64,000 bases of DNA from Candidatus Binatia bacterium (GTDB lineage Bacteria > Desulfobacterota > Binatia > UBA9968 > CAXXLF01). A program made the translations under genes and the position numbers. This document shows, one piece after another, positions 59,595 through 64,000 of this stretch; the stretch's first letter is position 1, and the number at the start of each line of letters is the position of its first letter. The notes below the pieces were generated by a model. The model was not told where the DNA came from. It saw nothing but the letters and a program-made list of their open reading frames with translations, and did no database searches. The stretch covers positions 1,216,001 through 1,280,000 of the forward strand of contig CAXXLF010000002.1 of assembly GCA_963664015.2 (NCBI GenBank). The letters run 5' to 3'.

Positions 59595-61726
59595 TGGACC
59601 CCACATCAACAACTCTCAAACAAAGAATCCTTTCCTTATTTTTCTCGAAGCCACGCCACCGTTTGAATCTTAAAGAGATTCACAAAGCGTTAGAATCTGA
59701 GGGTCAAAGAAACACAGGGGTCCTTTTGGCTATCAAAGAGTTGACCAAAGAAGGCACCCTCGTAAGGCTCAAGAAAGACCATTATGCCCTTCCGCGAGGC
59801 CAAAACATCGTGGTCGGTAAGGTCCAGGGACATCCCGACGGTTTTGGTTTCCTGATCCCGGAAGAAAGCGGGGTAGAGGACGTTTACTTGAACCGCCGCG
59901 AGATGCGGCGCGTTATGCACGGTGACCGTATTGTAGTCCGCATTCAAAAAAAGAAGCGAGGTGCCCATGAGGCGCATATAGTCCAGATCCTGGAGTGCGG
60001 CCAAAGTCGGCTCATTGGGACCTACCAATCCCTTTACGGGAGGAAAGCCATCGTCCCCATGGAACCACGGATGGGTCTGCCCCTTCAACTCAAGGGAGAA
60101 ATACCCGCACTGGGGGAAGGCGATGTAATCGCGGCGGAGATTGTGCGCTACGGCACGTCGCTTTCTCGTCCCGAGGCAACACTTATCGAGGTTCTGGGCG
60201 ACCCGGACCATCCTGAGGTACAAGCCAAGGCCGTTATTTTTCGCTATGGTCTGCCAACGGTCTTTTCACCCGAATCACAACGGCAGGTCAACTCTTGCCC
60301 ATCAGCCATTGGTCCCGCCGGGCTTGCATCCCGGATGGATCTTCGGTGGCTGCCTACGGTTACCATTGATGGAGAGCAAGCCCGCGATTTTGACGATTCG
60401 GTCAGTGTCCAAAGGAAAAAAGATCACTATCTTCTCTACATTTCCATTGCCGACGTGGCTCATTACGTAGCGCCGGGAACTCCCCTGGACCAAGAGGCTT
60501 ACGAGAGGGGGACCAGCGTCTACTTCCCCGACCGGGCCATCCCCATGCTTCCGGAAGTACTTTCCAATGGGATCTGCAGTCTCAATCCGGATGTGGACCG
60601 TCTAACAAAAACGGCCCTCCTCGAATTCAACTCGAAGGGTGAGGTCGTAAACGCCGAATTCTTCTCGTCCATCATTCATAGCCGCAAACGCTTGACCTAT
60701 ACCCAGGTCGCCCGCATTCTAGTCGAAAAAGATCCCCAAGAGAGCGAAAGCTGCAAGGATCTACTCGACCAGCTGCACCTCATGGAGGAACTGGCCTCCA
60801 TCCTGCTTGAAACCCGCAGGGAGAGAGGGAACTTAGACTTTGACCTACCAGAGGCGGAGATCGTCCTGGACCTCCAGGGTACGCCGGAAAATATCATCCG
60901 CTCGGAACGCAATATCGCCCATCGGATCATCGAGGAGTTCATGATTGCGGCCAATGAGGCCGTAGCCCGCCACCTGACGCAGCGGGGGATTCCTATTCTG
61001 TATCGCATTCATGAAGAGCCCAAGCGGGACACCCTGGAGGCTGTGGCCCCGTTTCTCCTAACCCTGGAATACCATTTACCGCTTGGACGGGGGGAAACGT
61101 CGCCCAAAGATATTCAGAAGATCCTGGAATCATGCCAGGGCAAACCGGAGGGAAGGGTGCTGAATCGGATCCTATTGCGATCCATGAAGAAGGCCTGTTA
61201 CGCCCCGAAAAACTCGGGTCACTTTGGTCTGGCCTCGACTTGCTACACCCATTTTACTTCTCCCATCCGGCGTTACCCAGACCTCCTCGTGCACCGGGCG
61301 CTCGAGCAAGCCATAGCCGGGACGATATTGAAGCCCAAAGAGAAAGACGATCTCACACACGAACTGGTGGAGACCGGGAGGCATACCTCCGAGCGTGAAC
61401 GCATCGCCACGAATGCCGAACGGGAAATGGTGGACTTGAAGAAGGCTCAGTTCATGATGGATAAGATCGATCAAGAATTTGCCGGGTGGATCGTCGATCT
61501 GGTTCCTTTTGGTTTTTTCGTAGAGCTGGATACCTTTTTCGTCGAAGGCCTGGTCCCCATGAAGTCACTTTTGGATGACTCCTATAACTATTATGAAAAG
61601 GAACACATCATTAAAGGTCGAAGGCACGGCCGGACATTCAGGATCGGCGACGTGGTTCAGATACGGCTCAAGCGCATCCATGCATTTCGCGGCGAGCTGG
61701 AATACGAGCTGCTCCGGAACAAATAA
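59594..61726 (+). CDS. rnr: Ribonuclease R
   Basis: GHPDGFGF, TIDGEQARDFDD, SIADV, IEEFM, HFTSPIRRYPDL, S1 domain. Confidence 0.95.
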   Translation: MDPTSTTLKQRILSLFFSKPRHRLNLKEIHKALESEGQRNTGVLLAIKELTKEGTLVRLKKDHYALPRGQNIVVGKVQGHPDGFGFLIPEESGVEDVYLNRREMRRVMHGDRIVVRIQKKKRGAHEAHIVQILECGQSRLIGTYQSLYGRKAIVPMEPRMGLPLQLKGEIPALGEGDVIAAEIVRYGTSLSRPEATLIEVLGDPDHPEVQAKAVIFRYGLPTVFSPESQRQVNSCPSAIGPAGLASRMDLRWLPTVTIDGEQARDFDDSVSVQRKKDHYLLYISIADVAHYVAPGTPLDQEAYERGTSVYFPDRAIPMLPEVLSNGICSLNPDVDRLTKTALLEFNSKGEVVNAEFFSSIIHSRKRLTYTQVARILVEKDPQESESCKDLLDQLHLMEELASILLETRRERGNLDFDLPEAEIVLDLQGTPENIIRSERNIAHRIIEEFMIAANEAVARHLTQRGIPILYRIHEEPKRDTLEAVAPFLLTLEYHLPLGRGETSPKDIQKILESCQGKPEGRVLNRILLRSMKKACYAPKNSGHFGLASTCYTHFTSPIRRYPDLLVHRALEQAIAGTILKPKEKDDLTHELVETGRHTSERERIATNAEREMVDLKKAQFMMDKIDQEFAGWIVDLVPFGFFVELDTFFVEGLVPMKSLLDDSYNYYEKEHIIKGRRHGRTFRIGDVVQIRLKRIHAFRGELEYELLRNK

Positions 61727-61924
61727 ACTTCCACCCTGCACAGTAAAATTCCACTTGACTAGGGGTGGGTCGCCGCAACTATTTCACAATCTTACTCTTG
61801 CGAATCCGGCTTATCGGTTCACAGATGCCAGCGTACCGTCAGAAACGACCAGAGAAACACGGAAGCTCAAGGCAGGTTCCGAGTTGAAATGGAACAAGTT
61901 GAATACGAAGAATCGATCTAAGGA

Positions 61925-62404
61925 CTAGATCGGCTCTTGACGGACGGCCTGGAAGACCTTTTTCGACACTTCAAGGGATTCTGTCTTCTCAGGACGAGTA
62001 AAAGTCATCCCACTGGTAATGGGAAAACCCGGTTCTTGATCCTCAAGGAGTTGATCCACTTCAACTCGGAAAAGGGACATGAAGGGAACTCCCTCGATGG
62101 ATTCTTTGAGTTCCCGCGCGTTCCCCTTGACGTAATAATTAACTCCAGCGTCGGTTACCAGGAAGGTTATCTTCCCTCCTCGCCTCAGATTCTTACCCGT
62201 GGTACTGGTTTTTCCCACAGCTACGTCCACCCTCTTCTCATCCTTGGCGACGATCTCGTAATAAGACAATACAGCCGGATGAGACCATTCTTGCTCATCC
62301 ACCGTGACGACAACAATGGCCTTACCCTCCTTTGAGCCTATATCTTTACCGCTGAGTCGACCTAATAAGTCTTCGTTGATCACCTTACCCAAAAGTTTCG
62401 ACAT
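61925..62404 (-). CDS. Pyridoxamine 5'-phosphate oxidase-like FMN-binding protein
   Basis: TVDEQEWSH, S.T.KNLR. Confidence 0.7.
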   Translation of the reverse strand: MSKLLGKVINEDLLGRLSGKDIGSKEGKAIVVVTVDEQEWSHPAVLSYYEIVAKDEKRVDVAVGKTSTTGKNLRRGGKITFLVTDAGVNYYVKGNARELKESIEGVPFMSLFRVEVDQLLEDQEPGFPITSGMTFTRPEKTESLEVSKKVFQAVRQEPI

Positions 62405-62413
62405 CTTTCCTCC

Positions 62414-62884
62414 CTAACTAAGTTCCAGTTCCTGCCTTTTACCAAATCCCTGTTCGTTGTCGATGTAGCAGACGCGCTGAGGCTGGACGCGGTAGAACTT
62501 CACCTTGAGAAACGCTTTATAGAGCACCCCACCTGCCGGATCGGTGAAGATTTTAATAATGCTAGGGTATTTCCGCGTGTAGGCCGCCATCGCTTTGGCC
62601 TTTTCCCTTATGGAATCCACCGTCGCCACCTCCCCTTCCAGCTGAATACCCTTAATCTTGGCCCAATCTGCATAGTCCTCCTGGATCGTTACTGCCACCT
62701 TGGAATTGGCCATCAGATTCTGACAATGGCGTGTCTTGGGATCGGAAAAAAAATAGAGATCTAACCCATTGCTTGCGTAAAACACCGTGGCCGCCCACGG
62801 CCCCCCATCACCGCAAGTCGCCAGCGTCATGGTATTGTGGCTTTCCATGTAATTTAGGATTTGCTGTTTTAACTCTTGAGCCAT
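62414..62884 (-). CDS. Pyridoxamine 5'-phosphate oxidase family protein
   Basis: TLAT....PWAATVFY, TRHCQN, IKGIQLEG, DNEQGFG. Confidence 0.8.
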   Translation of the reverse strand: MAQELKQQILNYMESHNTMTLATCGDGGPWAATVFYASNGLDLYFFSDPKTRHCQNLMANSKVAVTIQEDYADWAKIKGIQLEGEVATVDSIREKAKAMAAYTRKYPSIIKIFTDPAGGVLYKAFLKVKFYRVQPQRVCYIDNEQGFGKRQELELS

Positions 62885-63257
62885 AAATAAGTCTCTAGGC
62901 CCTTACTTATCAGACCCTCAACCGGACGACTTTATCAATTTTTATCATACCAAGATACCCTCAAGTTAAAATCCAAGATCCGAAGCACGAAACCTTAAAC
63001 AATTCCAAAATCTCAAATCATTAATGCTCAAACCATTTGAGAACGCCCTAGCCCCTCTCGAAAAGACGAAAATCCGAGCCCTTAGGACAATCCGGCAGAT
63101 GCTTTTGTTTTACATTTTGGTTACTCGAAATTGTTTCGATCTTCGGATTTCGAGTTTCGAATTTGTAGTCTATCTATACTTGGCGTCCTCTGCGTCTCTG
63201 CGGTGAAATGTCCGAATCCCAATCTGCAATAATCTGCGGTTAATAGCTTTAGACACT

Positions 63258-64000
63258 TTAATTGACCTTTTGCCAGCCCAAGGCCGACCTGCGTATGAGC
63301 GGGGCCTGACGCAAGGCCTCTACATTTCGAGCTCCAACGCAAAGCATGGCAATTTTGATCTCATGAATAATAGGTTCTAAAAAATTAATGACCTTTTCCG
63401 CTGACTCAAGGGCGGGACCCAGAAGCGGTTGGCCCAGGCCGGAAATGGTGGCACCCAAGGCTATCGCCTTAGCTACATCGAGGCCGTCGCGAATACCTCC
63501 AGACGCGATCAACTCCATTCCGGGGAGGGCCTCGGCCACCATGACAAGAGACTCGGCGGTGGGGATTCCCCAACCGGCAAAGGTGTCATCAGGCTTCTGG
63601 CCCTTTTGTGCGGCGCGTTTGGCCTCCACTGCATACCAGGATGTCCCCCCAGCCCCGGCAACGTCGATGGCCCTGGCCCCCGCTTTTTTGAGCCGCACCG
63701 CAACATCAGCCGAAATCCCGTTACCCACTTCCTTGACCACCACCGGGAAATCCAATCCGGCGCAAACATCTGCAATTTTCTCTGTGAGCCCCTTGAAATT
63801 ACGATTTCCCTCGGGCTGCACGGCTTCTTGCAAGACATTGAGATGGAGCACCAAACCATTGGCCTGGATCATCTCCACCGCCTTTCGGCACTGGTCGATG
63901 CCGTACCCATAGTTCAGCTGTACAGCACCCAGGTTGGCCAGGAGTAGAACATTCGGAGCTACATCTCTGACTTGAAAAGACCTGGCCGCCTGTGGCTCTT
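63258..64000 (-). CDS. fni: Type 2 isopentenyl-diphosphate isomerase (5' end outside window)
   Basis: HLN.LQE..QPEG, VVKEVGNG, DVAGAGGTSW, ASGGIRDG. Confidence 0.92.
   Translation of the reverse strand, partial: EPQAARSFQVRDVAPNVLLLANLGAVQLNYGYGIDQCRKAVEMIQANGLVLHLNVLQEAVQPEGNRNFKGLTEKIADVCAGLDFPVVVKEVGNGISADVAVRLKKAGARAIDVAGAGGTSWYAVEAKRAAQKGQKPDDTFAGWGIPTAESLVMVAEALPGMELIASGGIRDGLDVAKAIALGATISGLGQPLLGPALESAEKVINFLEPIIHEIKIAMLCVGARNVEALRQAPLIRRSALGWQKVN

Overview
Bacterial chromosomal window. The gene content (amidohydrolase, cupins, LLM oxidoreductase, Fe3+-type ABC, DUF4911, AsmA) resembles Deltaproteobacteria/Binatia-like lineages, which is inference only. The dominant feature is a ~34.7 kb island (6842-41551) integrated in tRNA-Val(CAC) and bounded by a perfect 49-bp att repeat. 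Its backbone looks like a phage satellite: tyrosine integrase, RHH protein, excisionase, Prim-Pol/AAA helicase, a possible terminase small subunit, and no capsid genes. Its cargo is a type I R-M system, a stand-alone Mrr-like nuclease/DEAH helicase, an aromatic/sulfonate catabolic module (MsmAB-like Rieske oxygenase, UbiD, gentisate-type dioxygenase, aldolase, ABC) and a tRNA-Ser. It also carries four co-oriented arrays of Sel1-repeat genes built as cassettes: fixed N-cap, 1-9 shuffled 108-bp modules, fixed C-cap and a 54-bp spacer of invariant length. These arrays alternate with the cargo modules. The left flank has a UGA/SECIS selenoprotein redoxin behind a triplicated sigma70 promoter (two perfect-consensus copies) and a B12 radical SAM enzyme. 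The right flank is ordinary chromosome (EVE, DUF885, nfo, TetR, LLM, GST, three MFS paralogues, paaFGH/thiolase, AsmA, rnr, fni). All calls come from reading motifs by eye; no database searches were run.
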